Assembly: GCF_000143415.4 (NCBI RefSeq)
Contig: NW_003314280.1
Location: forward strand, 186,001-250,000
Direction of reading: 5' to 3'
DNA length: 64,000 nucleotides
Origin: Selaginella moellendorffii
Taxonomy: Eukaryota; Plantae; Lycopodiophyta
The notes beneath the pieces are model-generated. The model had not been told where the DNA came from. It ran no database searches and was given only the letters and a program-made list of their open reading frames with translations. The position numbers were made by a program, and so were the translations under genes. Shown one piece after another: positions 10,830 to 23,374 of the stretch (positions are counted from its first letter, which is position 1; every line of letters starts with the position of its first letter).

Positions 10830-13800
10830 CTATTTACAAATAAAAAAACAAAATAATTTGCTCATGTATGGTTTGCTTAGTATTATTATTCTTACTTAAT
10901 TGATCAAATAAAAGTTTATAATTATAACCATGTTTATAATTTATAAATATAAGATTAATTTTATTGCACCTTTAAATGGTAGAATAAAAAAGAATATACT
11001 AGAAAGTGTTTAAGAAAGTTTAAAAATTATAAACATGTTTATAAATTATAATACAAGATTAATTTAAATAAATAGCAACAATTAAATGGTAGAATATCCT
11101 AGAATATTCAAGCATATTCTAAGTATATCCCTACCATTCCACTTCCCTACAAGTTTGCTTAAACAAACAAAAAATTCTTGGAAACATCAAAACTAAGAGC
11201 AATTCTTATTAAAGGTTAGATTACAAAATATAAATAAAAGATAAAATATGTTTAAAACATCTTACAAAACTGAAATTTTCTCACAATTAACTCAATAATT
11301 TAGATCTCATAAATATAGTACAAATATAAAATAATAAGAAATAACTATTCACCATCTATAAAAAGAAAATTTTAAAAGTATACAGCTCCAATGCTATATT
11401 TGTATTAGGATTTTGATAGTTATTTGATTAATTTCAATCTAGACCATTTGCTTTTGTATATAACTTAAAAAATTTGGGCTAATCAAATATGCATATTTTT
11501 TTAATCTATGCACTCATATTAGCGGCTCCATTTTGGGGCTTAAGGATTTGTATTTCACACATAGATGCCATTCTTAGGGCTTGCATCCTTAAATTTTGAA
11601 TAGGACTTATGGAAGTTGTGAATGAGATTCTTTTATGTGGTCGAAGGTGTGGTTCAAGTATATCACCACTTGATATTGGCATCGGAAAGTCCCAAAAAAG
11701 TGAGTCTTCCTCGAGGAGTAGCATGTCAAGAGGGCATGACTCTCCACTTTAGTTCATATATGATCATGCATGTTAGCAATGTGGTGGATAAAAAACAAGG
11801 GAACGACTTTGGGATCTTAGGAATAGTATAAAGTTTTTCTCAAAAAGTTGAGGATGTGATCCAGATAAATATTTGACTTAGCAAACTGGCTAATATGATT
11901 GTGATAAATAACTACAGTTGGAATCATGGGAATGATGGAAACTCTTGGATGATAAAGGAGTCATAAAATTATCCTCATATAATTGAGGATAGTGCTCAAG
12001 AATTTAAAATACCAGAAAGTGGTGTTTGGTATCATAAGGGCATTAAATAATGCCCAAAGGACCAAGTCCCTAGTGAAAAATAAATAAAAGGTACTATTCA
12101 ATATTTAAGATTGTAAAGATGAGAGAAGTCCGTGTATGCACATGTGCACTTAAACTAAAAGAGCACTAAAGAAGGAAATTCTAAATTGTCAATAAGTCAA
12201 ACATACTTGACATAGTGATGAGAAATTTATATTGTTTATTTGCTCTTGCTAGTGTTGGGAACCCCCATAATATTGAACTTAATCCCTCAATAATGCTAAA
12301 TGATAACTTACTTTATCTGCCAAACACTCTCGCTATCATATCTTATATGTTGGTCCTATTTAGGTCCCATGAGTTATTTATGATAAATGCTTAAATCTAT
12401 CAATGAAGCATATATGTAGAATGTAGAGATTGTCATTCCACATTCTCTACATGTAGAATGTAAAATGTAATGGTTACTCTCAACAATTGGTTGTTACAAC
12501 CATTTTGAAGAACCAAGAATAGGAAAAATTAATAGAAATATACCTCGAGAAGTTCCTCGGTTATAGGCATAATTTAGATAATCATCATCATAGTTAACTA
12601 ATTCTTCTATATTTGGATTTGCACACCTTCATTATGGTAAAACTTCTTGCATGTTTGGTTCTCTTGTTTTGGAGGAACTTGCTCCACTTCCTCCTCCCAT
12701 CATAAAGGAATTTCTTATAATTTTTTCTCGTTGGTATCTTCACTCTCTTCACCATTGGCACTAATAGTGTTGACATTTTCATAGCCACCATATTTGTTAT
12801 CTAGCACGTTTTCATTATTGCCTCTAGAATCCTTTTAGTAAGTTGGTGCATAGCTGGGATCTCCAATTCTCAAGGGCAAGATCACTTTATCACTACTGGA
12901 AAGTTGTTGAGTACATGCTTTAGTCTCTCATACTATGCCTCAGGAGTTAATTGCATACCAGTGTTTCAAGAGGAATGCCTCTATGTCAGAGACGTTGCTA
13001 GCTTACCAGACATGGGCAGCGGCAGGCGAGGCACTCCCACCCACGCATTCACCCGTGCCCATGCCCTTGTGCTGGTTTGCCATTGTACCAAGCTTGGGTG
13101 GTAGTGATCAAGGCACTTGGCACACCCACACCCTTGCACCCACATCCTCACCCTCACCCTCACACCCTCACACCTATACCCATATGCCTGCACCTCACCC
13201 TTACACCCATGCCCTAGCCCTTGCATTTGTGCTTGGTCTGGCCTAGTCCATGCCAATTCGCCGGCATACTAGGTATGGGGCACGGAGGTGGGTGTGGTTG
13301 GGAGTAGGTAAGAAGGAGAAGGAAGAAGAATAAAAAGAGGATACTTACTCTTGGTGGTAGGGTACTTTATGGCTGCCCTAACTCTAACCTAACTCTTATC
13401 ATGGTTGTTCATTATGAATGGAAACATATCCATTTATTTCCACATTTATTTTGTTGTAATTTAAAATTTCTACTCCTTTCCAGATTTGATGATATGGCAA
13501 AATCCTTATGAGTTCTGACCTATTAATATAGGTGTGCCATAATGTGACTATGCCATCTATAATATCACAGCTATATGTGTGGAATGTATAAATTAATGGC
13601 AATACAAAATGACAAACAAGAATTGTATGTTTTCTTGCACACCATGGAACCTTGTCATAAATTTTTAAAATCATAAATTCATATAATTCTTGTACTTATT
13701 CTACATTCATGTCATATGAAGGTGCTATTTCTAGAGCAATGTGACATATAATTGGCAATATATGATATATGGTAGTACACAAATGGAATTGCTTAAAGTT

Positions 13801-15240
13801 ATTAATTAGAGTAACTTTAGTAGAAAAAAAAGAAATATCATTTCAAGCATGTGCTATTATGTGAAAGGTAGGAATGATTTTATTCTAGGATCTAACAAAT
13901 AATAAAGTGGAATTGTCTTTTAGTTTCAAATAGTGCACACATATTTAGTATGTATAAAAGCTAAAAATCACCTTCTTCTATACTTATTTCAATGAAGTAT
14001 AAAGGACTTTGTTCTACAATCTTAAAAGTCTACATTATTTTACAATCTTTACACTGAATTCAAAAACATGATAGACCTTTTATAAAAGTGTAAACTTCTA
14101 AAACATAAAGGCAACCAAATGGAGAGCTAAAGTCTTGTTTTATAAAGTTTTTTTGCCAAAATTTTGATCTTTGTCTTGGCTCTATATCATAAGAGGTTGT
14201 GATTTGCAATGACATTAGTGTAGTTAAACACTCATTTCTTTTGGGTGTGGGTGAAAGTGAATAACATTAGGATTTATCAAGGAAATTTAAGTTTTTGGAT
14301 TTCCAGTTAAAGTGCCAAACTATGCTCATGCCAAAATAAATGAAGTAAGAGTTGGTCATCATCATTCACTCCTCTTCTAGTTCCAATAGAGATGCCACTC
14401 TAGTGCCAACCATGAACCATTTGACTGTTTCTTGTGATGTTAGTGTTGTTATTTGCAATTCTTTTCTTTATGGCCATATTAAATTACACTCTCTTCATGT
14501 GAGGCTCAATTAACTTTTTGAGGTTGCCATCTATGGTTCATGAGGACCATGAGAATATTCTAAAAATATTTTAGGATCTAGGACTTCCTTGTACATTTGC
14601 AGAAGGAAATTAAGAAGTGGAACAACCAAAGTTATCTTGACACCTGGATTGAATGGCAAATCCATTACTAAAAAGTTGGTGTCCTCTGATTGTTGAACTG
14701 GTCTGCAGCAAAAAAGTGTTTTACCTAGGGAATGACAGTTTGTCTGCAAGTCACATGAAAAATGAATAGTTGTAGGATCCGTGTCTCCAGAGCCTCTTCT
14801 GTAAGAGGAAAGTTCTCCTCCACAAGCAGATCCTGGGACAATGGCGCTCCTTGATGCCAAGGAGGATGAGCCTCCTGGTTAGCGATCCCTCTTGGATGCT
14901 TGCATCAAGACAGCAGGCTGTGTAAAGGTGCTGAGCAACAAGCAAGCAGAGAAAGTTGGAAATAGAGAGATTTCAACACAACCCAGATTACATAACAAAC
15001 TCTCTCAGCAGGAATTTAGGAAGAAAGCTGCTTGTGGCTGAAGAGCTAGTAGCAGAAGGCGTGCAGCTAAAGGCCAAGACCAGGGGCGGTGAGCAATCAA
15101 GCAAGGAGATTTAGCAAGGCCAAGAGGAAGCTTAGTTGATTGATAAGTTGTATGCTACGAGATTCAGGCTGGCATGTAGTTATGCCCAGTAATTTTTCAT
15201 GTGACTACAAAGTCGCAGACAAAGTCGTCATTACTTCTTC
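10830..15240. mobile_element. AT-rich, CpG-depleted non-coding island, probably decayed transposon/repeat sequence (family not identified)
   Basis: Abrupt GC drop, CG nearly absent, no long ORFs, imperfect ~60-bp direct repeat (10929-10986 / 11034-11096), decayed C-rich repeat at 13120-13225. Confidence 0.45.
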
Positions 15241-15243
15241 GTA

Positions 15244-15466
15244 CGCTTGTTTGATAAGCTCAGTAGAAAAAGCACAGACAGAGGAGATATTGGCCGAATC
15301 GTCCGACGCAGAGCAGCAGAGTACTGGTAGCATTTCTGAGCGAACCGACATCCTGCAATGGAGCCTCTGACACGAGGTAAGAAAATTTCAAACTTTGGTA
15401 CCGCTCACCTCGATTGAGGCAGAGGGGAAGAGCTGAAGCAGCGGTAACAACGAGCAAAGCCGCCAT
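15244..15466 (-). pseudogene. HIPL1 5' pseudogene fragment
   Basis: MAALLVVTAASALPLCLNR / EAPLQDVG followed by a frameshift; fused to sequence matching the HIPL1 intron at ~6644-6692. Confidence 0.85.
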
Positions 15467-16006
15467 CCTCCTCAATCGTCCTTTTGAAAGCTACATGGGA
15501 CCCTACAGCCATAACTTTGTCCTGCTACTCACTCGACTCTTGCTTGTAGCTATGCGACTGCCTTGCTCGCAGTCGTGTTCCCCGTGTTGACTCGCAGCCG
15601 CTAGGTTCCTACCAAAGAAAATGCCGTCGTGACACCGGAAACTTCTAAAGAATGCGCTGTCTTGGTATTTATCTAGGTGTAAGCTGTACAGAACATTATC
15701 TCGTCCATAATGTACCGGTTTTATGTACCTCATGACGCTCCAACCGTGAACTCCATCGTATAGTCGTACTCAATTGTTGGAATGACCGACGCCATGAACT
15801 TGAGGAACAGAAAAAGGTACCTGCGCAAGAATGTCCACTGTCAACAAGCCAAGCAGGGAAAACAAAAGAGATCCTTACTTATCAACTTCGGGTTCCACCC
15901 CTCGTGACAACAAAATGGCGATGATCTTTTTCATAACCGGGGCATGGCGGCAAGGATGAACTGATGCATGCTTCCCAGCCATGTGTGGATGGTCCTCAAT
16001 TGTAAC
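15283..16006. repeat. Copy B of duplicated block (decayed HIPL1 5' end + intact ATG3 3' exons)
   Basis: Direct diverged repeat of 8108-8840. Confidence 0.9.
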
Positions 16007-17109
16007 CTGTGTGCCAATATCAGTTCCAATAAAAATCCCATCGTTCTCCAACTTACAGTCTGTCGAGCATGATCTTGACTGACATCTTCAAAGACGAGCT
16101 CGGGATCCAAAAGCATTCGAGACTGTGAGTTCAAATTTATGTCAGCAAACTGTATGTAACACAGACGAAAATGCTTAATTACCTCGTCATATCCAGTTAG
16201 CCATACTCTTGGAACTTGGAAGTACTGGTCATACCTGTAGTGAGTACCTTAAAAGGACTGAACTTGAAACTCTAGAACGTTAGCTTACGTGATGCTTATA
16301 TCGTAGGTCCGAGTACGCAGGATATTGTTATCATCCGGCTCATGAGCTATTAGATAGGGTGCATGTACTGCAGTCTGCGTAATGAACTGAATTTGACGGA
16401 AAATAAGAGAGAGAAGGAATTTTCCAAAGTGAATACCTCGTCCCGCGTCACAAGGTTATCGGAGCTATCAAAATCGGACATATCCGGAACATCATCCTCG
16501 TGATTTACGTATGTATCGTCAGAGATCAGGATCTGAGGTCTGTCTTCTGTGTCCGCCATGTCCATGGATGGAACTGTGTCATCGTCGTCCTTAAGAGGTC
16601 CTGGAACTTGGCAATCAAAACATGAGCTAGAAACGAAACAGCATACCCCCAGGAGCTCCGTGAGTCGCTAGCCACCCTTCCCCGTCTTCTCCATCGAGCA
16701 AAACTTCCCCACCAGCAGCTGCGTATTCCTCTTCAAACGCGGCCGCTCGTCGCAAGCATGGAACTGAAAAGGAAAAAAAGAATGAAAACTCTATCCAAAA
16801 GCTTCTCAAAGGCATTACCATTCCTAGTGATCAAAAACTGCTTGTCTTTCGGTAAATGTCCCTTCTGTTTGGAAGGGTCGCCACTCTCCCTGCGAGAAAG
16901 AGGAGGAAGAAAATAGGTAAACAAGGGAATTTAGGTAGCGTATCATACCAGGACCAGGTAGGGCACTTGGCGACGAGATTGTCACCGGCCTGGACGAATT
17001 CCGCGGGAGTCAGCACGCCTTTCTCGACGAATGCCGAGACCGTGCGAGGACTGGTTATTCGCTCCACGAAACTTTTCATGCCCTCGTGCAATCGCTGCTT
17101 GAACGCCAT
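15730..17109 (-). CDS. ATG3: Autophagy E2-like enzyme ATG3, multi-exon
   Basis: [65 protein letters not shown] (catalytic Cys), [21 protein letters not shown]. Confidence 0.95.
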
Positions 17110-17171
17110 CGTTGCCTTCGCAGCGAAGAACCAGGAACCCTAAACTCGACTTTTAAGTCTTCTCGCTTCCT

Positions 17172-18272
17172 TTATAATCCAAACTTTTCAAAAGGGACAC
17201 AGTATCTCTTCCAAGTTCTAAAATCGCCATCACTCAGCGCCAGTCCAATCCCCTGCTGCTGCTGCTCCTCGCCCTCCTTCTTCCCCACCCCCAGATAATA
17301 CATTCTCAAGCTCCCATCTTCCATCTTCACCACATAGGGAGTAGCAACGATCCAATTGTCCCACACCTCCTCCCCTCGCCGAGCTCTCAAGATCGGACCC
17401 CCGGGCTCGTCTCCGCACTGCTCGTCTCTCCTCCACACTAAACCATCCTCCGACGTCGCCAGCCCGATCGCAAACTCGTACTGATAGTTGGATCCCTCGT
17501 AGAACATGACGAACTCGTCTCCGATCCTCAAGACATGCCGCACGGACACGCCACCTTCGTCCCACGAACCGGGCTTGCCACACTCCAGCACCTTTCCCTG
17601 CTTGTGCCACAACAGGCCATCGTCCGAGGTCGCAACTCCAGCTGAGAAGAAGCCCATGTTGTTGTGGCCTCCGTTCTCTCGCGTGTGGTAGCTCATGAGC
17701 CACTTATCTCCTGCTGTCCGGGGAGGAAGAACTCTCGGCCACGATGCCCCGTTTTGATCCCACTCTCCCTCTTTCCCGACGCATAGCACCGGCTTCTCAA
17801 TCCTCTCGAAGTTCAGTCCATCTTCCGACGTTGCGACCCCACTCTGGAGCTTCACACCCCTCCGCACGCTCCCAAACAGTGCCACTTCCTCCATGCCTGC
17901 TCCAAAGTAGAACATCCACCACCTGTCGTTGTGACGGATCACGTCCCCGACGCCGATATGCACCGCGTCGAACGCCGACGGATCATCTGACGGATCCATC
18001 ACGGCTCCTTCGTACAGCGGGCCTTTGGCTCGCTCGAACCTGTAACCATCTTCGCTTGTAGCCATCCCGATGCGGCCCGTTGGCAGGAAAACGTTGAAAG
18101 GCTTGACACCAAAGTTCCACTCGTCCCTTGCTCGTCCATAGTAGTACATCCTGTAGCAGCTGTTCTTCTCACACTTCGCGACCACTGCTCCGGAGAATGC
18201 CTTCCTGTCCCACCAATTTGAGTCCGGCGCGGCTGGTAAAAGCACAGCTCCAGAGCTCCAGGAGTCCGCCAT
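17172..18272 (-). CDS. Five-bladed beta-propeller glycoside hydrolase-like protein (GH43/32/130 superfamily), intronless
   Basis: Five repeats of W/FD...V..P.V....MYY.G....IG.ATS.DG..W/F. Confidence 0.8.
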   Translation of the reverse strand: MADSWSSGAVLLPAAPDSNWWDRKAFSGAVVAKCEKNSCYRMYYYGRARDEWNFGVKPFNVFLPTGRIGMATSEDGYRFERAKGPLYEGAVMDPSDDPSAFDAVHIGVGDVIRHNDRWWMFYFGAGMEEVALFGSVRRGVKLQSGVATSEDGLNFERIEKPVLCVGKEGEWDQNGASWPRVLPPRTAGDKWLMSYHTRENGGHNNMGFFSAGVATSDDGLLWHKQGKVLECGKPGSWDEGGVSVRHVLRIGDEFVMFYEGSNYQYEFAIGLATSEDGLVWRRDEQCGDEPGGPILRARRGEEVWDNWIVATPYVVKMEDGSLRMYYLGVGKKEGEEQQQQGIGLALSDGDFRTWKRYCVPFEKFGL

Positions 18273-18367
18273 AGATCCTAGCTCCTCTGGATAAGGTAAG
18301 GTTGTAGACCTTGATTATAGCTAGAGAGCTGACTAATTAGCTAATGTCACCGCCTAAGCAATTCCTG

Positions 18368-20203
18368 TCACTCTGCTTCTTCCACTGTAACCTCAGACGT
18401 GCTCTCTCTGATCTCTGAACTGGACGAGCCCTCCGCATTGTCAGTGCTAGTCCCGTTGCTATGCACATTGTCGTAGCTCGGATAAGAAACTGGACTCGGA
18501 GACTTATGTCTGATTGCAGCATCAACTCCCGGTAGAATTGTCTTTGGAACGGGTGGAGGAACCCAAGCCCTGCCTGCGGTCTCAATCTGTGCAGATGCAC
18601 TAAAAGCACCATCACTGCTAACCGTGTCCTGGTCCTCCATTTCCACAATTTTCACTGAGTTCTCTGTTATTTTGGCGTCTCCATCCCTCTGTCTCCACCA
18701 TGGTTGGGCGCTTGCACCGTTTTCTGACGGTACATGACTCTCCCACGGCTGCACCAGAAGAAGATCGTAGTAAACAAGAAACAAAAGGAGATGTGACGCC
18801 TTACCTTGGTCTTAGGCTGCAACATGGAGTTCGATGCCGGCTGAGTGGGATTTGGAGGTTTATCATTCACATCCTGACAGAAAGAAAGATTGTTCGGCTT
18901 CGCTCCACAAAAGAAAAATAAAATAAAACATTTACCCGTATGCCTGGTGGCTTTTCACCCCGCTCGACCATGGCCAAGATCTATAAATTTTCACGTAAGA
19001 AATCAGGAAAATAGAGCTAGAACTATTCAGCTGTACCTCAGAGTATTTAGCTGATGGAGCAAACCTGTCGGGATCAAAACTGTAGGGAGCAGAGGAAGGC
19101 CTTGCAGGCTCAAAAGCCACTCCAGTAGAATCCTGAAGGTAAAGAAATCTGTGAATGAAAAGAATGTACAGAAACACAAACCTTTGCGTCTCTTGGTACT
19201 TGTGCTGCAGATGAAAACGAGAAGATGCATCAGAAAGAGACACCAAGAAAAAGGACGAGCAGACCTTTATAGACATTGGTTTCGCTGGAAGTGACATTTC
19301 CTTTCTTCTGGAGTTGGATCAATGTGTCAAGCCGCAGCTTGATTTCCCGCGTTTGCGCCTCCATGGACTTGACAACAGTGTCAAAGTACCGACGTTCTGT
19401 GAACAAACCGGCTTGAGTACACTCTCAATAATCAATCAAGAAGCGCAACCTTCGTGTCTGGAGCTCACGAGTTCCCTCACAAGCGCAGCCATTTCCGTAG
19501 TGGCAGCAGTTAACGCGGCAGAAGCCTTGGATGCCTCCACGTCCAGTCTTGACTTCTTCTGCTCTGAGCTTTCCTCGTCAAGAACAATACGACGCAGCCA
19601 AGCTTTCATTCTTGGAAACAAATAAGTCTGCAAGAACAAAGAAGGTGTCAAGCGCCAACACGGGGAAAAAAAGAAACCTTTGTCACGACTGCTGCTCCTG
19701 CTCCAGCCGCACTAAGCACCCCAATAGCCAAAACCACTTGTGTCCATCGAGCACCCTTTCTTGGAACCACAGCCACAGCAGCAGTCTGTGCGGGCAATGC
19801 CACAGCAGTAACAGGGGCCCCCGTTGGAGCTGCTGGAACCGGAGCAGCGGAAGTAGTAGACGGTGGATCCTGGAAAGAAGCTCTCAGTATCAAGAGAGGC
19901 ATGAAACAAGCACATATATACCGGGACTCGCCGAAATGCCTCATCGATTTCTTCTCTGGTCAGGCCTTTGCGCTCAAGAAACGATCGCCTGTAGACAACG
20001 GGGGAGTTCTTCACCTTGGGATGGGAGAGGAAATTGACAGCATTCTGGACTTGATCTTCCCTCACGGGCTGCGGCGGGATGAATCGCCAATTGTCGCCTT
20101 TGTCGTCGCCCGCTGCCACTGGCGGCGCTGCCGGAGCTGCTGACGATGGCGGCGCCGCTGCTGGCGCCGTTGCTGCGGCTCCATTCACCTGAGCCTCCGC
20201 CAT
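18368..20203 (-). CDS. PEX14: Peroxin 14, multi-exon
   Basis: Pex14_N REDQVQNAVNFLSHPKVKNSP..RRSFLERKGLTREEIDEAF, hydrophobic segment, plant C-terminal DKPPNPTQP/PKPWE and WVPPPVP motifs. Confidence 0.93.
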
Positions 20204-20301
20204 TGCCACAAACAAGGAAAACTAAGAACCCTAGATATCCATTCATCCACCGTTTAAATTAATATTTCCTTTCCAGGCCTTTGGTGAAAGTTTGCGAAGT
20301 A

Positions 20302-22726
20302 TCAATAGCTTTGCATCTGGCTATTTCTGATCTCGCTGTTGAGCTGCGAGACCATGAACCGTATGTTCTCCAGCACAAGGCCGTAGTTTAGCTCTCGCTC
20401 CTTGGTCTCAACTTCTGCAAGAACAAAAAGGTGTGAAACTGGTCACAGATCGTCTTCTACTTTTGGAGACAACCTTCCTGGAGCACTTGGTTGCTGCTTT
20501 GTAACGCGTGGAACCTCGTCTTCAACTCCTCCAGGTTCCTATGCAGATCGCTGTCATCCAAAATCTGGCTGAAAGCCTCGAGCTTCTCGACTTGCTCCCT
20601 CACTTGCTCCTGGAGAAATGCCTTCTTCTCCTCGATCTTCTGCTTCTCGGCTTCTAATTTCTGCTCGCGTCGTACACGCTATCATGTTAAGTCTAGCAAC
20701 AGAAGAACACTCCACGTCCACTTACCGCGCATTTCGCATCACACTGGGATCTGCTCCCATCGAGGCGTTTGAAATCTTCCATCTCGTTTTCGAGCAAACT
20801 GATGGCCTGCTTTGTGCATGATATGTCCGTCTCGGTTTTGGCTTCGAAATCGTCCAGCTGCTTCAATTCCCCGCGATGAAACTCCAGCTCTGCATCACAA
20901 AAGAAATAGATGCTCATCACCGACATCTTAGTTACCTCTTTTGTAGTTCTCAACATCTTCAAACTTCTTCTCGTGATTTGTTTTTGATGCCTTGTAGGTC
21001 TCTGCTGCCACTATTCCCTGTAAAAAGGGAAGTTTTGCTTCAAAGAAAATATGGAACAAAACATACCTGACTAATCAGATGTAGCAGCTCACAGATTTTT
21101 TGCTGAGCTTCAAATGTCCGCTTTTGCTGCTCTTCTCGGAGGCTATCAAAGTTTTCGATATAGTTTTGCATCTTCCGTTCTTTCTGTTGCATTTCTAGGA
21201 ATTTCTCAATCCTTCCGCCTGGACCATAAACAAAAACATATGCAATATAAGATAGTTAGAAAAGAAAAGAAAAAAACCACCTTTTAGTTCTGAAATGGAC
21301 CGTTCTGCTTCGGCAATTTTCCCTTCGTGGAAGTGTATTTCGTTCTCAAGTACTTGGCTTTTCTCTTCCGCTTTGATGATCTCCAGATTATCCTGCCTAA
21401 TCTGCTCATTCAAAGCTTGCAACTTCAGGCACACATGAAAGCAAGACGGGTGTCACGTTACCTTGGACAGGAGCGCTTCCTTGGCCTCCTCAGCCGTTAG
21501 TTTGATCGACGGGTTTTCCATCCTCAATTTCTCAAGCTCTCCCTCGACAGTTAAAAGCTGGTCAGTCAGCATGACAAGCTTCTGCTTTGTAGGATTGGAC
21601 TTGAAAACATTCTGGAAATATATATAGATCTTGAGCATCAATCAGCAAATAGCAAATCCACAACTCGCCTGTTCCAACTCTTCATTTGACGTGCCGATCT
21701 CGCCAATAAGTGATTGCAGTCTCTCCACTTCTGTCTCCAGCTTCCTGTACTCTTGCTGGAGTTCCACGTACTGCACCTTTGCTTCTGGTGCCTGCAAGGC
21801 TAAAACGGAGACAATAAATTCCTAGACATCGCCTAAAGAACCACACCTCCTCCGCGATCTTGTGCTCGATTTCAACATCCAAACCTTGCGCTTTGTCATG
21901 GAGCTCCTTACCTTCCCTCTCTTTCCTGATCGTCGAATCAGTTTTGCAGAATGATTTGTACACGAAGAGGCTCACAGCGTTCTCTCCAGAAAAAGCTTGT
22001 CCGCCTTTTTTGTTTCTTTTGCGTTTCTCTCTTTCAGAGCCTCGAGCTCCTCCCTCAGTTCATCGGGCTCCACTCCTGCATTTACCTGCTTCAACAAGTT
22101 ACATACCACATGAAGCCTCCGGGTTGCGCTAACCTTTTCCATGACTGCAGTATAGTCGAGCAGCTGCAGCTTCAGTCCCTGCACTTCCTCCGCTAGAGCT
22201 TTCTGCCTGCAAGGTCTCGTAAGAATTGGTCCTTACATCCAAAGTCCTTACTTCTGCCCGACATGCACACTGGCGAACCTCTCCTTCTCCAGTTGCTCAA
22301 CCTCCTCCACCATTCGCTCGATCTCCTGCTGCAGCTCTTTCTTCTTGGAGCGCAATTTCCCTACGTAGTAGGACCGGTCGAGAATTTGTCTGCCAGGGCC
22401 TAGAGCCTCAGACAAAGATGTAAATCAATGTTACCAAAGATACAAGGGACCAACCTTGAAAAGAGGATCGCATGCTTATCATCCCTTGCTGCGTGAGAGG
22501 CCGAGACTCTACCTTGACATCGGTGTTGATGCTGGGAGAGCCTGGTTGGAAACAAGGTGTAAACGATCCAAGAATGTGTAAGCAGACCTGGTGTGGCGGG
22601 GCGCCCCTTGACGAGGCTCCTGGCCGAAGACGGGCGCAAAGGGCTGTTGGAGGAGGAGGGCCGGGCATGGCGGCTGGACGGTATACGAGGGGTGCCCAAA
22701 GGCGATGGATCCGTGGACGCATTCAT
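20302..22726 (-). CDS. IFT74: Intraflagellar transport protein 74, many small exons
   Basis: INTDVKVESRPLTQQGM / GPGRQILDRSYYVGKLRSKKKEL, long coiled coil, C-terminal VETKERELNY; exact start codon uncertain. Confidence 0.85.
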
Positions 22727-23374
22727 CCCTTCCCTCCGCTTGCCCTAATTCAGCTGACAAGACCGTTGATAACCATGCCTTGTCTTTTAAGCACAAGAAA
22801 CTTTGGAGGACAAGGTACTACGCTGCAAAGGCTTTTTTCTTCTTTTCCTTTTGTCTTGATATACACACCATCGCTGGCTAGATTCCAAACAATACCACGC
22901 ATTACGCTCGTAATTGTCCCGTTGCAATCAGACCCACCTCTCATCGATCACAAACTGGCTCGCTCGCTCGCTTGCTGTGACGAAACGTAGCGAGAGCTGC
23001 TCTAAAGATCCAAGTCGTTTGCTCAGTTGGTAAACCAACCATGAGCCCTTCAAGTGACTTCAAAGCAAGCTAATTTCTTGAACTTCGAAGCGAGAAAAGC
23101 TTAAAAAAAAAAAAAACAAGCCATTAATTGAAACAGACCTTCATGGTAAAACTGAGCGTTGAAATGCATCCTTCCTGTCTGGGGGATATAAATCCAAAAC
23201 AGGAGCGGTTGTCAACATCGAAGAGCGGGGAAAAGAAAAACTTTAGGCAGAGTTTATACTTCAATTCACCTACCTAGCCGAGCCAGCCCGGCTCCTTCAC
23301 GAATAGCAGAGAAAACCCCCATTTATATTTAAATGGTCCTCTCCTCTCCCCTGCTGCGACGAAATCGTTGAGCG

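Noticed and set aside
12904-13256. His/Pro-rich ORFs
   Set aside because: Artefacts of a decayed low-complexity repeat in the AT-rich island
14531-14945. Short minus-strand ORFs at the end of the island
   Set aside because: No recognisable domain; at most an unassignable gene fragment
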